Origin: Lama guanicoe
Taxonomy: Eukaryota
Length of the DNA stretch: 64,000 nucleotides
Assembly (NCBI GenBank): GCA_013239625.1
Contig: MU054187.1
Coordinates: forward strand, 2,241,757 to 2,305,756
Reading direction: 5' to 3'
Shown: positions 63,756 to 64,000 of the stretch, piece after piece
How the letters are laid out: every line of letters begins with the position of its first letter
Numbering within the stretch: position 1 is the first letter of the stretch
Notes under the pieces: generated by a model
Database searches by the model: none
What the model was told of the DNA's origin: nothing
Seen by the model: the letters and a program-made list of their open reading frames with translations, nothing else
Program-made: the position numbers and the translations under genes

Positions 63756-64000
63756 GGCTACGGAGACTCTGTGCTCACCGCACAGGGAGACCTAAGCAGA
63801 CCAACGGCCAGTCAGCCTAACCGTGCGTCGGTTTGTTTAGTTAACTATCACTGCGGAGTCCTTCACTGTCTCCTGCAAACCTATGTCAACATAAGCTGAA
63901 AACGCCGCAGAACTTCATTAGAATCTGACCCATAGTCCAGGGATTACACGAGGAGCCTCACAGCTCTAATCGGATTACTATTGCTTTGGACTATGTAGCT

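Noticed and set aside
1..64000. CRISPR arrays, operons or other prokaryotic-type systems
   Set aside because: The sequence is mammalian; there are no regularly spaced repeat-spacer arrays or dense coding blocks.

Overview
Mammalian genomic DNA, most likely a camelid (alpaca or camel), judged from three tRNA-Ala-derived vic-1-type SINEs and cetartiodactyl-style L1 3' ends. The only recognisable gene is the 5' end of the kappa opioid receptor OPRK1 on the minus strand: a CpG-island promoter, non-coding exon 1 (donor at 1630/1629), a 374-bp intron 1 and the first coding exon (1255-960, ATG at 1216). The remaining ~62 kb is upstream intergenic sequence made of L1, L2, MIR, MaLR/ERVL/ERV1 LTRs, hAT MITEs and microsatellites. 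There are five assembly gaps and a near-identical ~1.4-kb duplication across a gap that is probably an assembly artefact. I found no new gene or multi-gene system. The most notable pattern is a series of sharp GC/CpG peaks, several lying inside ancient repeats whose consensus A/T positions now read G/C, which suggests local GC-biased gene conversion. A speculative L1-5'UTR-derived alternative first exon would splice in frame to OPRK1. Repeat family names come from my recall of consensus sequences, not from a database search, and most repeat boundaries are approximate.
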